From positions 5,910 through 69,909 of the forward strand of contig UQIW01000008.1 in the NCBI GenBank assembly GCA_900541235.1: a stretch of DNA of 64,000 bases. Reading direction: 5' to 3'. Position 1 is the stretch's first letter. Each line of letters opens with the position of its first letter. Shown one piece after another: positions 54,676 to 63,159 of the stretch. The stretch comes from an uncultured Collinsella sp. GTDB taxonomy: Bacteria > Actinomycetota > Coriobacteriia > Coriobacteriales > Coriobacteriaceae. Both the position numbers and the translations under genes were made by a program. The notes under the pieces were generated by a model. The model was not told the origin of the DNA. It worked only from the letters and a program-made list of their open reading frames with translations, and did not search any database.

Positions 54676-55776
54676 CTATTTCACGCACTGAGCGGAGAGA
54701 TAGTCGCGGAAGAATGGCAATTCAAATGCGACGAGCCCTCGTCCTCGCTCCCCGATGATGCCGGCGTCTATCATGCGGCGTCGGTAGCGGGAGACCTGCT
54801 GCGGCGAACGCCTAAGGCGCTCGACAAGGTCAGCGGTGGTGGACTCTTCCTCGTCATCGAGCATGGCGATGAGGAATCGCTTGTCCTCTGCAGTGAGTTC
54901 CCGATAGGTTGCCGCGAGGATTCGGTCGTCCATCTCGTCGCGCGCGATTTTGATTCCCAGGTCAAAGTCGCGTGACGAGATCTCCTTCGAATCGCTTGTG
55001 AGATCCCAGGCACGGTAGCCTACGAGTTGCAATAGGAAGGGAAAACCAGAGATCGAGCGAACGGCTCTATCGATTCCCTCAGCATCTGCCAAGCGATCGT
55101 TTTCCTGGATCGTGCGAATCAAGGCCTCGCGTACGTCATAGTCGGCAATGCGACCCAGATGATATTGTTGGGCGCGGCGAAGGAACGAGACCGTCTTGTG
55201 GTTCAGCAACGTCGAGACGTTGTTGGGAAGTCCCGCCATGAGCAGGGCGACGCGTTTCCCATCGGTCACAAAGTGCTGATACGTCGCTGCGAGCTGAATC
55301 ATCTCGTCGAGTGTCGGGTCCACCTCGTCAACCGTGACGAGCAGACCGGTGCCCGCCTCGTTGAGCTGGTCGATGATGTCGCTCATGCGATAACGCCAGG
55401 TTGAGGCATCGTGGACACGATTGACCTCGATGCTGCCGAGCGGTGCAATTCCGAGGCCGGTGACTTCGAAGTGGTTGGACGGGTCGATGAGATGGGCTGC
55501 GGCGCGTTTCGCCCCGAACTCGAGTTCCTCAAGCATTCCCGGGAGCGCGGTCGTCTTTACGGCTATCCAGCCGTGGGATTCCGCCCTTGTCGCGAGCGAC
55601 GACATGAGAGCGGTTTTACCGGTTCCACGCGCGCCTGAGAAGATCGAGGTCAATTCTGGGCGCCTGCGCTGGCTCAAGAAGGCACGGTCCAAATCCCGAA
55701 TAATCTGTTGTCTGCCAGCGAGATGGGCGGGAACCTCACCAAAACTGGGGGTAAACGGGTTCTCGAGATATTCCAC
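54676..55776 (-). CDS. COG1672/Arch_ATPase-type AAA+ ATPase (paralog 2)
   Basis: It starts MEYLENPFTPSFGEVPAHLAGRQQIIRDL. It has a Walker A (GARGTGKTALM), a Walker B (LLVTVDEVD), TVSFLRRAQQ and a C-terminal wHTH-like tail. Confidence 0.7.
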   Translation of the reverse strand: MEYLENPFTPSFGEVPAHLAGRQQIIRDLDRAFLSQRRRPELTSIFSGARGTGKTALMSSLATRAESHGWIAVKTTALPGMLEELEFGAKRAAAHLIDPSNHFEVTGLGIAPLGSIEVNRVHDASTWRYRMSDIIDQLNEAGTGLLVTVDEVDPTLDEMIQLAATYQHFVTDGKRVALLMAGLPNNVSTLLNHKTVSFLRRAQQYHLGRIADYDVREALIRTIQENDRLADAEGIDRAVRSISGFPFLLQLVGYRAWDLTSDSKEISSRDFDLGIKIARDEMDDRILAATYRELTAEDKRFLIAMLDDEEESTTADLVERLRRSPQQVSRYRRRMIDAGIIGERGRGLVAFELPFFRDYLSAQCVK

Positions 55777-55892
55777 AAGGCTCTCCTTTCACACCGCCGT
55801 TTAACTTCATTTTACTTTAGTTAATTCTGATTAAAAGTGAGGCTCTTTATCTAGAGCATCAATTGGGCGTGTGTGCCATCGGCGTGGCGCCT

Positions 55893-55927
55893 GAATGTGA
55901 CAAAGGGGCAGTTCCTTTGTCACATTC
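55893..55927. repeat. Family A palindrome (GAATGTGACAAAGGGGCAGTTCCTTTGTCACATTC) containing the stop of trmL on the minus strand
   Basis: It is a 14-bp stem, and the minus-strand reading ATGTGA gives Met plus stop for trmL. Confidence 0.55.
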
Positions 55928-56519
55928 CCGGAAAGCCTGTTTGGCGTAGGGCCTCGTAGAGGACGATGGCGGCGCTGTTGGAGAGGTTGAGTGCGCTGAT
56001 GCGGTAGTCGTCCGGATTGACGAAGTTGCCGCAGATATCCTGCCGAAGGATGGCCTCATGGCCGTCCTCGATATGCCCCAGCGATTCCTCGTGGGCTTCC
56101 CAGGCCTCGGCGTTATCGAGCGAGTCGCAATCGCGCAGCATCGGGATGCGCTCGCAACGCTCGGACGCCGCGGCAAGCAGTGGCTCGGGAATGCCCGAGC
56201 TCTCGCTGCCAAAGACCAAGTAGTCTCCATCGCGGTAGGTACTCTGCGCATAGGTGCGGCGTGCCTTTTTGGTCAGCAGATGCAGGCTACCATCGGCAGG
56301 GGAGAGGTCGTTGCGCGCAAGAAAATCCTCCCAGCCGGCATAGGTCGTCACGTCCAAGTTTTGCCAGTAGCCCAGGCCGGCGCGGCGCACTGTCTTGTCG
56401 TCGAGCGAAAAGCCCAGGGGCTCCACCAGATGCAGGCGGGCACCGGTAACCACGCAGGTGCGGCCGATATTGCCCGTATTGGCCGGAATCTCGGGCGCGT
56501 ACAGCACGATGTTGAACAT
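55920..56519 (-). CDS. trmL: tRNA (cytidine/uridine34-2'-O)-methyltransferase TrmL (SpoU/TrmH family)
   Basis: It starts MFNIVLYAPEIPANTGNIGRTC and has the SPOUT knot motifs. AAGGAG precedes the ATG at 56519. Confidence 0.8.
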   Translation of the reverse strand: MFNIVLYAPEIPANTGNIGRTCVVTGARLHLVEPLGFSLDDKTVRRAGLGYWQNLDVTTYAGWEDFLARNDLSPADGSLHLLTKKARRTYAQSTYRDGDYLVFGSESSGIPEPLLAAASERCERIPMLRDCDSLDNAEAWEAHEESLGHIEDGHEAILRQDICGNFVNPDDYRISALNLSNSAAIVLYEALRQTGFPGM

Positions 56520-56614
56520 GAATCTCCTTGGCTCAGAACGAAAAACCACCACGAAGGGCACCTTCGTGGTGGTTTGGCGGTTACGTAGGCGGAAAAATGC
56601 CCGCTTGGATAAAC

Positions 56615-57745
56615 CTAGGCGCGGTGCCAGTCGGTCAGACAGGCATCAAGGGAGGCGATGAGTGCATCCTTGTCCATGTGACGGCCGATGATGCACAGGC
56701 TCGTCATGCGGTCGCCCGTCTCATCGTCCCAAATCTGCATGATCTCGGGGTTCTCGTCGATGATCTTCTGCTTCTCGCCCTCGGGCGCCGAATCGACAAA
56801 CAGGCCGTTCTCCATTAAGCGCATCTGGTGGCCCGCCTGCTCGAACATGTAGCACATGTCCGGATTGCCGGTCTGCCACAGCGGACCCTTGACGCGGATG
56901 ACCTCGTCGGGCCACTCCTGCTCAACAAAATCGGTGAACTTCTGCAGGTCAAACGGCTTGCGGCGCGAGTACACAAAGGTCTCGATGTCGTACTCGAGCA
57001 CCTCGGGGTCGTCGTGCTCCTCGGGATGCTCCATGGCCTCGATCCAAGCGGCGGAGTTGTAGGCGCGCATAAAGTCGAAGCGGCCGGTATCGAGCAGCTC
57101 CTCCATGGGGACCTCACCGTTTTGGGCCTCGACGATCACGGCGTCTTTCTGCAGGCTGCGCACGATGGCCTTGAGCTCGGCGATCTGCTCGGGCGTCACG
57201 GTATCGGTCTTGTTGAGGATCAGCGTGGAGCAGAACTCGATCTGCTGGATGAGCAGGCTCTCGATGTCGTCTTCGTCGATATCCTCGGCCAGCAGGTCGC
57301 GACCGCCGTTGAACTCGTCATACATGCGGGCGCAATCGACCACGGCCACGATGTTGTCGAGCGCGAGCTTGGGCTCGCCGCCCACCTTGGCCTCGTCGCA
57401 GAAGCTCGAGATGGTGTAGGCGATGGGGATAGGCTCGCAAATGCCCGAAGCCTCGATGATGATGTAGTCGAAGTTGCCCGAATCGGCGATGCCCTGCAGC
57501 TGGTTAGCAAGGTCGTCCGAAAGCGTGCAGCAGATGCAGCCGTTGGTGAGCGGGATGAGGTCGTCGGTCTCGGAAAGGCCGCCGTCGGCGATAAGGCTGG
57601 CGTCGACGTTGATCTCGCCGATATCGTTGACGATCACGGCGGCGCGGATGCCGCCGTCGTTAGCGAGGATGTGGTTGAGCAGCGTGGTCTTGCCGGCACC
57701 GAGGTATCCGGTAAGCATGATGATCTTCACGGGTTTGTTGGGCAT
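56615..57745 (-). CDS. COG0523/CobW-family metal-chaperone GTPase
   Basis: It has a Walker A (GYLGAGKTTLL), the CxCC motif (GCICCTL) and a CobW C-terminal domain. Confidence 0.8.
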   Translation of the reverse strand: MPNKPVKIIMLTGYLGAGKTTLLNHILANDGGIRAAVIVNDIGEINVDASLIADGGLSETDDLIPLTNGCICCTLSDDLANQLQGIADSGNFDYIIIEASGICEPIPIAYTISSFCDEAKVGGEPKLALDNIVAVVDCARMYDEFNGGRDLLAEDIDEDDIESLLIQQIEFCSTLILNKTDTVTPEQIAELKAIVRSLQKDAVIVEAQNGEVPMEELLDTGRFDFMRAYNSAAWIEAMEHPEEHDDPEVLEYDIETFVYSRRKPFDLQKFTDFVEQEWPDEVIRVKGPLWQTGNPDMCYMFEQAGHQMRLMENGLFVDSAPEGEKQKIIDENPEIMQIWDDETGDRMTSLCIIGRHMDKDALIASLDACLTDWHRA

Positions 57746-57831
57746 GTGCCCTCCTTTGTTAGACATGGCTTACAGTTAAATCATATGCCAAACGCCTGCT
57801 CTTATACCCACGCGCCGGCAAATAACACAGG

Positions 57832-58173
57832 CTACTCCCAGGCTCCCCACACATCGGGGCAGTAACCGACGGTGGCCTTTTTGCCGTTGCGCACGATGGG
57901 CTCGGCCAAAACCTGCTGATTCTCGAGCAGTTTGTCGAAGCGCTGACTGGGGGTAAGGTGCTGAATGAGCGCGAGCGTCTCCTCGTCCTTGGCTTTGGGG
58001 TTGAGCAGCTTGTCGATACCGCCGACCGCTTGCATCACGCTCGTAAGCTCACCCTTGCTCATCTCCTTTTCCTTAAGGTCAATAAACTGCACCTTAATGC
58101 GGCGCTCCTTAAAATAGCGCTGGGCCTTCTTGGTGTCGAAGGACTTCTTAGTCCCGAAGATTTGAATATTCAT
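57832..58173 (-). CDS. ArsC/Spx-family thioredoxin-fold protein lacking the N-terminal catalytic cysteine
   Basis: MNIQIFGTKKSFDTKKAQRYFKERRIKVQFIDL has YffB-like topology without the CxxC. Confidence 0.6.
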   Translation of the reverse strand: MNIQIFGTKKSFDTKKAQRYFKERRIKVQFIDLKEKEMSKGELTSVMQAVGGIDKLLNPKAKDEETLALIQHLTPSQRFDKLLENQQVLAEPIVRNGKKATVGYCPDVWGAWE

Positions 58174-58185
58174 GGTCCCGCCGCT

Positions 58186-58809
58186 CTATCGAATGAAGTT
58201 GGTCGTTGCTCGATCTGCCTCGGGTGCGTTGATGCCGGCGGCCTGTCCTGCCTCGATGCAGCGCAGGAGCCAGGCCATGTTTTTGCCGATGTTTCGCATG
58301 GTGGCAAGGCCCTCGGCATCCCCATCGGCGTCGCCGGGCACGCGGCCAAACACGTTATTCCAGTAGGTGGAAGCAACCACGGGCATTTGCTTAATGGTGA
58401 AGTACTTGTTGAGCACATCGAACGTGGTCGACGTGCCGCCGCGGCGGGCGACGGCGACAGCGGCGCCGGGTTTGTGCTCAAAGGCATGTCCGCCTGCATA
58501 GAATGCGCGATCGAGTGCCGAGAGAATGCGGCCGCTGGGGTGCGCGTAGTAGACAGGCGAGCCAAAGACAAAGCCATCTGCCTGCTCGGCTGCAGCGATG
58601 AGCTCGTTGACCACGTCGTCGTCAAAGGTGCAGCGGCAATCGAGCTTGCCACACTGGCCGCAACCGATGCAATCGCGAATGGGCTTGGCGCCCAGCTGAA
58701 ACACCTCGGTATCGATACCCTCGGCATGCAATTGCTCGGCGACTTCGGCAAGCGCGCGAGCGGTGTTGCCGTTTGCCTTGGGGCTACCGTTGACTAAAAG
58801 AACCTTCAT
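58186..58809 (-). CDS. Iron-sulfur flavoprotein / NADPH-dependent FMN reductase-like protein
   Basis: It has a flavodoxin-like fold (MKVLLVNGSPKANGNT) and a Cys cluster (CIGCGQCGKLDCRC). Confidence 0.75.
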   Translation of the reverse strand: MKVLLVNGSPKANGNTARALAEVAEQLHAEGIDTEVFQLGAKPIRDCIGCGQCGKLDCRCTFDDDVVNELIAAAEQADGFVFGSPVYYAHPSGRILSALDRAFYAGGHAFEHKPGAAVAVARRGGTSTTFDVLNKYFTIKQMPVVASTYWNNVFGRVPGDADGDAEGLATMRNIGKNMAWLLRCIEAGQAAGINAPEADRATTNFIR

Positions 58810-59067
58810 CACAAACTCCCTCTGCTTTTGGTGACTTCTGCTGAGAATTATCTCACGTTGCGTGCGATGACGTCGGCATGGTGCGGGCGATGTTTATCCC
58901 GCAACGTTCTTAAGGGCGTTCATGCCTAAGGCCATCTAGGGGCATTGCGGTACGGCATGGGGAATGCATTGGGAAACGTTCGATAAATGCTTATAAACAC
59001 GTTTTTGACGGCATACGTTGACAGATATACTTGTTGAGTTCAAAAGCATGGGAACGGAGATGGTTGC

Positions 59068-59937
59068 ATGACACAGCCGGAGACATCACACACGGTGGGG
59101 CTTGCGCTCGAGGGAGGCGGCTACCGCGGTATGTATACGGCGGGCGTGCTCGACGTTTGGATGGAGCACGGTTTGACCTGCGACCATATGGTGGGTGTCT
59201 CGGCGGGTGCGGCGTTTGGCTACAACTTTAAATCGCGCCAGATCGGCCGCGCCATTCGCTATAACAAGGCCTATTGTGCCGATAAGCGCTATGCGGGTGT
59301 AGCAAGCTGGCTGCGGACCGGCGATATGTTCAATGCCGATTTTGCCTATCACGAGGTGCCTATCGAGCGCGATCCCATCGACCTGGAGACATATCGCGCC
59401 TGTCCCATGCGGTTTACGTGCGTGTGTACCGATATCGAGACGGGCAAGGCTGTCTACCACGACCTGCCCTATGGCGATGAGCGCGATATCGAGTGGATCC
59501 GGGCGTCGTCGGCTATTCCCGTGGCGACGCGTCCTGTTGTCATTGAGGGACACAAATATCTGGATGGTGGCGTGGCTGATTCTATTCCCAGTGCATGGCT
59601 GTTTGCGCAGGGCTACGACCGCAACGTGGTGGTGCTGACGCAACCGGCGGGCTTTGTAAAGCAGCCCAACAGCGTTATGCCCATGCTGCGGCGCGTGTTC
59701 CGTCACTACCCGGAGTTTGTCGCGGCGCTTGAGCATCGGCATGAGGTCTACAATGCCACGCTCGATGACCTGGCGCGTCGCGAGGCTGCCGGCGAGGTCT
59801 TTATGGTGCGGCCGAGCGAATCGGTGAAGGTGCCGTCGCTGTGCCGCGAACCGGATGAGCTCGAGCGCATCTATCAGATCGGTCGTCGAGATGCGGAGGC
59901 GACTTTGCCGGCGTTGAAAGCGTATCTGGCGGGGTAA
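59068..59937 (+). CDS. Patatin-like phospholipase
   Basis: It has GGGYRG oxyanion and GVSAG nucleophile motifs and the catalytic DGG motif. Confidence 0.8.
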   Translation: MTQPETSHTVGLALEGGGYRGMYTAGVLDVWMEHGLTCDHMVGVSAGAAFGYNFKSRQIGRAIRYNKAYCADKRYAGVASWLRTGDMFNADFAYHEVPIERDPIDLETYRACPMRFTCVCTDIETGKAVYHDLPYGDERDIEWIRASSAIPVATRPVVIEGHKYLDGGVADSIPSAWLFAQGYDRNVVVLTQPAGFVKQPNSVMPMLRRVFRHYPEFVAALEHRHEVYNATLDDLARREAAGEVFMVRPSESVKVPSLCREPDELERIYQIGRRDAEATLPALKAYLAG

Positions 59938-60038
59938 GGGTCGCATGCGGAAAGCGCATCCCGGAATGGAGGTCCAAACTGGGATGCGCTTTCCATTGCT
60001 GAAGATATGAGGCTGCGGATCGGCTGCTCGGCCTAGAC

Positions 60039-60734
60039 TTATGCCTGCTGCCAGGTGTCGACGAGCTCCTTGGCGGCGGCGTAGGGGTTGTCGGCACTGC
60101 AGACGGCGCTCACCACAAAGAAGCCATCGACGCCGGTGGCCTTGAGCTGCGGCAGGTCGGCCGTCTTGACGCCGCCGCCCACCACGATGGGCACGGGGCT
60201 TGCCGCGTGGAGGGCGGCCAGGTCCTCAAAGCTCTTGGTGATGATAGAGCCATCGGCCGCGCGTCCGCAATCGCGTTTGGTCTCAGTCTCGTGGAGTGGG
60301 CCGATGCCCAGGTAGTCGACTAGGCTCATGTCGGCGGTCTTGACGTACTCGAGCATCTCCTCGCAGCGGGCCGAAAGTCCCACGATGGCATCGGGGTCCA
60401 GAAGCTTGCGACAGACCTCGACGGGAATATCGCTCTGGCCCACGTGCACGCCGTCGACAGCAATACCCTGCTCACGCGCGGCGAGTACGCAGTCCAGACG
60501 GTCGTCGATTAACAGGGCGACCTGACCGGTCTTGCCAGCCTGTGCGATTGCCTGCGCGGCGTCGCCGGTCAGCGCAATGATCTCGCGGGCGCTTGCCACC
60601 TTGGAGCGCACCTGGATGCAGGTAAAGCCGGCATCGAGCGCCTGGGCCACCACATCGCTCACGGGACGCCCCAGCGTGTTTTCGGGGCCGAGTACCAGAT
60701 AGGCCGAGATATCAAGGTTGTCGCGGATGCTCAT
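60039..60734 (-). CDS. thiE: Thiamine-phosphate synthase
   Basis: The TIM-barrel ThiE motifs IQVRSK and VVGGGV are present. The ATG at 60734 overlaps the upstream gene's stop (ATGA). Confidence 0.85.
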   Translation of the reverse strand: MSIRDNLDISAYLVLGPENTLGRPVSDVVAQALDAGFTCIQVRSKVASAREIIALTGDAAQAIAQAGKTGQVALLIDDRLDCVLAAREQGIAVDGVHVGQSDIPVEVCRKLLDPDAIVGLSARCEEMLEYVKTADMSLVDYLGIGPLHETETKRDCGRAADGSIITKSFEDLAALHAASPVPIVVGGGVKTADLPQLKATGVDGFFVVSAVCSADNPYAAAKELVDTWQQA

Positions 60735-61072
60735 CGTGCTTCCTCCTGCTTCTTGATTTGTGCTTCCATGCGCTCGAGCTTGCCGGTCATGGTGTCGGTA
60801 AATCCGGGCCGGATATCGGCTTTGAGCACGACTTCGGTGCGGATGCCTTTGCTCGCCAATACAAAGGTTGCGTCGCGCACGACCTGCATGACCTCGTCCC
60901 AATCGCCCTCGATCTCGGTGAACATCGAGGTGGTGCGATTGGGAAGGCCGCTATCGCGAATGACGCGCACGACCTCGGCGACCTCGGCGGACAGCTCATC
61001 GCCGGTGCCGCACGGGGCGATGGCCACGGCGACGAGTGTGTTCATTCCGGTAGCAGTTGCGGGCTCGGACAT
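60731..61072 (-). CDS. YkoF/MTH1187-family thiamine/HMP-binding protein
   Basis: It is a 113-aa protein with a DUF77/ACT-like fold. It is embedded between thiM and thiE. Confidence 0.65.
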   Translation of the reverse strand: MSEPATATGMNTLVAVAIAPCGTGDELSAEVAEVVRVIRDSGLPNRTTSMFTEIEGDWDEVMQVVRDATFVLASKGIRTEVVLKADIRPGFTDTMTGKLERMEAQIKKQEEAR

Positions 61073-61075
61073 GGC

Positions 61076-61915
61076 CTATGCCTCCTCGAGGTCGAGCTGG
61101 TTGTTGGCGATGTCCTGGGCGGTTGCGCGGTAGAGCTCGTCGATAAAGGCGACCTTAAAGCTTGCCGGGGCGTCGGCGACAGCGGCGGCACGCGAGCCGG
61201 CAACGTTGTAGACGGCGGTGCCGCAGACGGCGGCCGTAAACGGGTCGGCAGCGCAGGCGTACACAGCCAGCACGCCGCCCTGCGAGCAGCCGCAACCGGT
61301 GATCTTGGACATGAGCGGGCTGCCGCCGTGAGACTTGGCCACGGTCGTGCCGTCGGTAATCAGGTCGACTTCGCCCGAGACCACAACGGCGCCGCCGGTG
61401 TAGCGGGCGAGCGCCACGGCGGCATCGCGGGCGGCGTCTACCGTGTCGGTGGTATCGACACCGCGTACGCGGCTCAAATCGGCCGCCTCGCCCTCAAGAC
61501 CCCACAGGCCGGCGAGCGCGATGATCTCGGAGGCGTTGCCGCGCACGATGGCGGGCTTGTACTGCTTGAGCTCATTTACCAGCTGGGTGCGCAGGCTACC
61601 GATACCCAGGCCCACCGGATCGAGCACCCAGGGCTTACCGGCGTCGTGTGCCGCTTTGGCCGCGCGGGGAATCGTTTGCTCGTAAATGGGGAAGAGCGTG
61701 CCCATGTTGAGATAGATGGCGCCGCCGCCGGCAACGAGTGCCTCGCCCTCGTCGGGCAGATAGACCATGGCGGCTGATCCGCCCACGGCGAGCTGTGCGT
61801 TGGCGACAAAGTCGATCGTCACCGTGTTGGTGATGGAGCCGGCCATCGGATTGGTGGTGTGAATCTCCTCCACGGCCTTGACCATATGTTGTTTAAGCTG
61901 TTCCGAATCAATCAC
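61076..61915 (-). CDS. thiM: Hydroxyethylthiazole kinase
   Basis: It has ThiM motifs (NTVTIDFVANAQLA, GCGCSQGG). A GTG start at 61915 follows AAGGAGG by 8 nt. Confidence 0.85.
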   Translation of the reverse strand: MIDSEQLKQHMVKAVEEIHTTNPMAGSITNTVTIDFVANAQLAVGGSAAMVYLPDEGEALVAGGGAIYLNMGTLFPIYEQTIPRAAKAAHDAGKPWVLDPVGLGIGSLRTQLVNELKQYKPAIVRGNASEIIALAGLWGLEGEAADLSRVRGVDTTDTVDAARDAAVALARYTGGAVVVSGEVDLITDGTTVAKSHGGSPLMSKITGCGCSQGGVLAVYACAADPFTAAVCGTAVYNVAGSRAAAVADAPASFKVAFIDELYRATAQDIANNQLDLEEA

Positions 61916-61940
61916 TGCACATGCCTCCTTGGCATAGAAA

Positions 61941-61968
61941 AGGGGCGCTGTGCATAGACAGCGCCCCT
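61941..61968 (-). terminator. Riboswitch-associated intrinsic terminator (expression platform)
   Basis: The minus-strand RNA forms ACAGGGGCGCUGUCUAUGCACAGCGCCCCUUUUCU, between the aptamer and the thiM ribosome-binding site. Confidence 0.55.
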
Positions 61969-61974
61969 GTAAAG

Positions 61975-62072
61975 GCGGCATGCTCCCTACGCCAGCATTA
62001 ACTGACAGGTTCAAAGGATTGGGCCCCATGCCCTCTCAGCCTTGTGGTTTGCACCGCCGGCACTCCCGCATC
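61975..62072 (-). ncRNA. TPP (THI-box) riboswitch controlling thiM-ykoF-thiE
   Basis: The minus-strand RNA contains GGGAGUGCC...GCUGAGA...CCUUUGAACCUGUCAGUUAAUGCUGGCGUAGGGA. This matches the THI element consensus (CUGAGA, ACCUGAUCUGGAUAAUGCCAGCGUAGGGA) in the 5' leader of thiamine genes. Confidence 0.75.
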
Positions 62073-62098
62073 GAATCTGTTGTTCCCTATACTAGCGC

Positions 62099-62200
62099 AC
62101 CTGCCAAAAAGGGACAGGTTTATTTTGGCAGGTAACAACTGGGACTTTGCGTTTTCCCAAATGAAATCTGCCGAAATAAACCTGTCCCTTTTTGGCGGGT
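62099..62200. repeat. Pair of Family B palindromes in inverted orientation (62099-62133 and 62168-62200) separated by 34 nt
   Basis: ACCTGCCAAAAAGGGACAGGTTTATTTTGGCAGGT is paired with the reverse complement of ACCCGCCAAAAAGGGACAGGTTTATTTCGGCAG. This lies in the divergent region between the riboswitch and the HAD gene. Confidence 0.5.
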
Positions 62201-62240
62201 CGGTACAATAGATGGGATTAAGAATGACCGAGGGGACCTT

Positions 62241-63149
62241 ATGATCAAACTTGTGCTGACCGATATGGACGATACACTGATTCCAGCCGGGCATGACGGC
62301 GCCAGCGACTACGCCATTGAGGGTATTCATGCCATGCAGGCGGCGGGTTTGCACTTTGGGCCGGTTTCGGGTCGTCAGCCGTCCGCGATGGGCTGGATGT
62401 TCCGCAATCGCTCCGAGTGCTTCTCGACCGGTGCGTTTTGCAACGGCCAGGTGATGTTTGTCGATGGCGAAGTAGTCGCTTCGCGCGCAATCGATAACGA
62501 TGTCCTTATGCGCTTAGCCGATTATTTTGAACAGGAGACCGACGATACGTATTTGAAGGTCTACCGTCTGGGTGATGACTTTTGGAATAACGATGCCTAT
62601 TGCGTGACAAGCGATCCCGAGCGTGTGCGTCGCGCCATGAAGTCAGGCGGCAACGCGTGGCTCAAAGGCGAAGAGGCCCCGTGCCGTCCCGTCGTCGATG
62701 ACGCGCCGGTGTTCAAGGCGAATATTTGGAGTGCCCGTTCGCGTGAGGAGCTCGCGGAGCTACGCGAGCGCGTTGCCGCTGAGGTGCCGGAACTCTCGCT
62801 TGTGTTTCCCAACAACCGTGTGCGCCTGTTTGACATCCTTCCGGCCGGTTGGGACAAGGGTTGCGCTGCGCTGGAGCTGGCGCGCGCTTTGGGCCTGACG
62901 CCCGACGAGGTGGCCGTATTCGGCGATTCCGATAACGACCTGCCCATGATCGATGCCGTTCCCAACTCCGTTGCAGTCGCCAATGCCAACGAGGCCGTCA
63001 CGGCTGCCGCGCGCTGGCATATCGGCGCTGCGGCGGACGATGCGGTTGCCGGGGCCCTGCATCAGATTGCCGCCTGCGCCGCGACGGGGGAGATGCCGCC
63101 GTTTATGCGCCAGATGGACGCGGCGGGTCTTGGCATCACGAACGTCTAG
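62241..63149 (+). CDS. Cof-type HAD-IIB family hydrolase
   Basis: It has the DxD motif (VLTDMDDTLI) and C-terminal GDSDND. Confidence 0.8.
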   Translation: MIKLVLTDMDDTLIPAGHDGASDYAIEGIHAMQAAGLHFGPVSGRQPSAMGWMFRNRSECFSTGAFCNGQVMFVDGEVVASRAIDNDVLMRLADYFEQETDDTYLKVYRLGDDFWNNDAYCVTSDPERVRRAMKSGGNAWLKGEEAPCRPVVDDAPVFKANIWSARSREELAELRERVAAEVPELSLVFPNNRVRLFDILPAGWDKGCAALELARALGLTPDEVAVFGDSDNDLPMIDAVPNSVAVANANEAVTAAARWHIGAAADDAVAGALHQIAACAATGEMPPFMRQMDAAGLGITNV

Positions 63150-63159
63150 GGAGAAAGCC

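Noticed and set aside
62099-62200. Family B palindrome pair as part of the TPP riboswitch
   Set aside because: The THI-box aptamer is complete within 61975-62072, and the palindromes lie 5' of P1. Identical palindromes occur at an unrelated locus (46025), so they are independent repeats.
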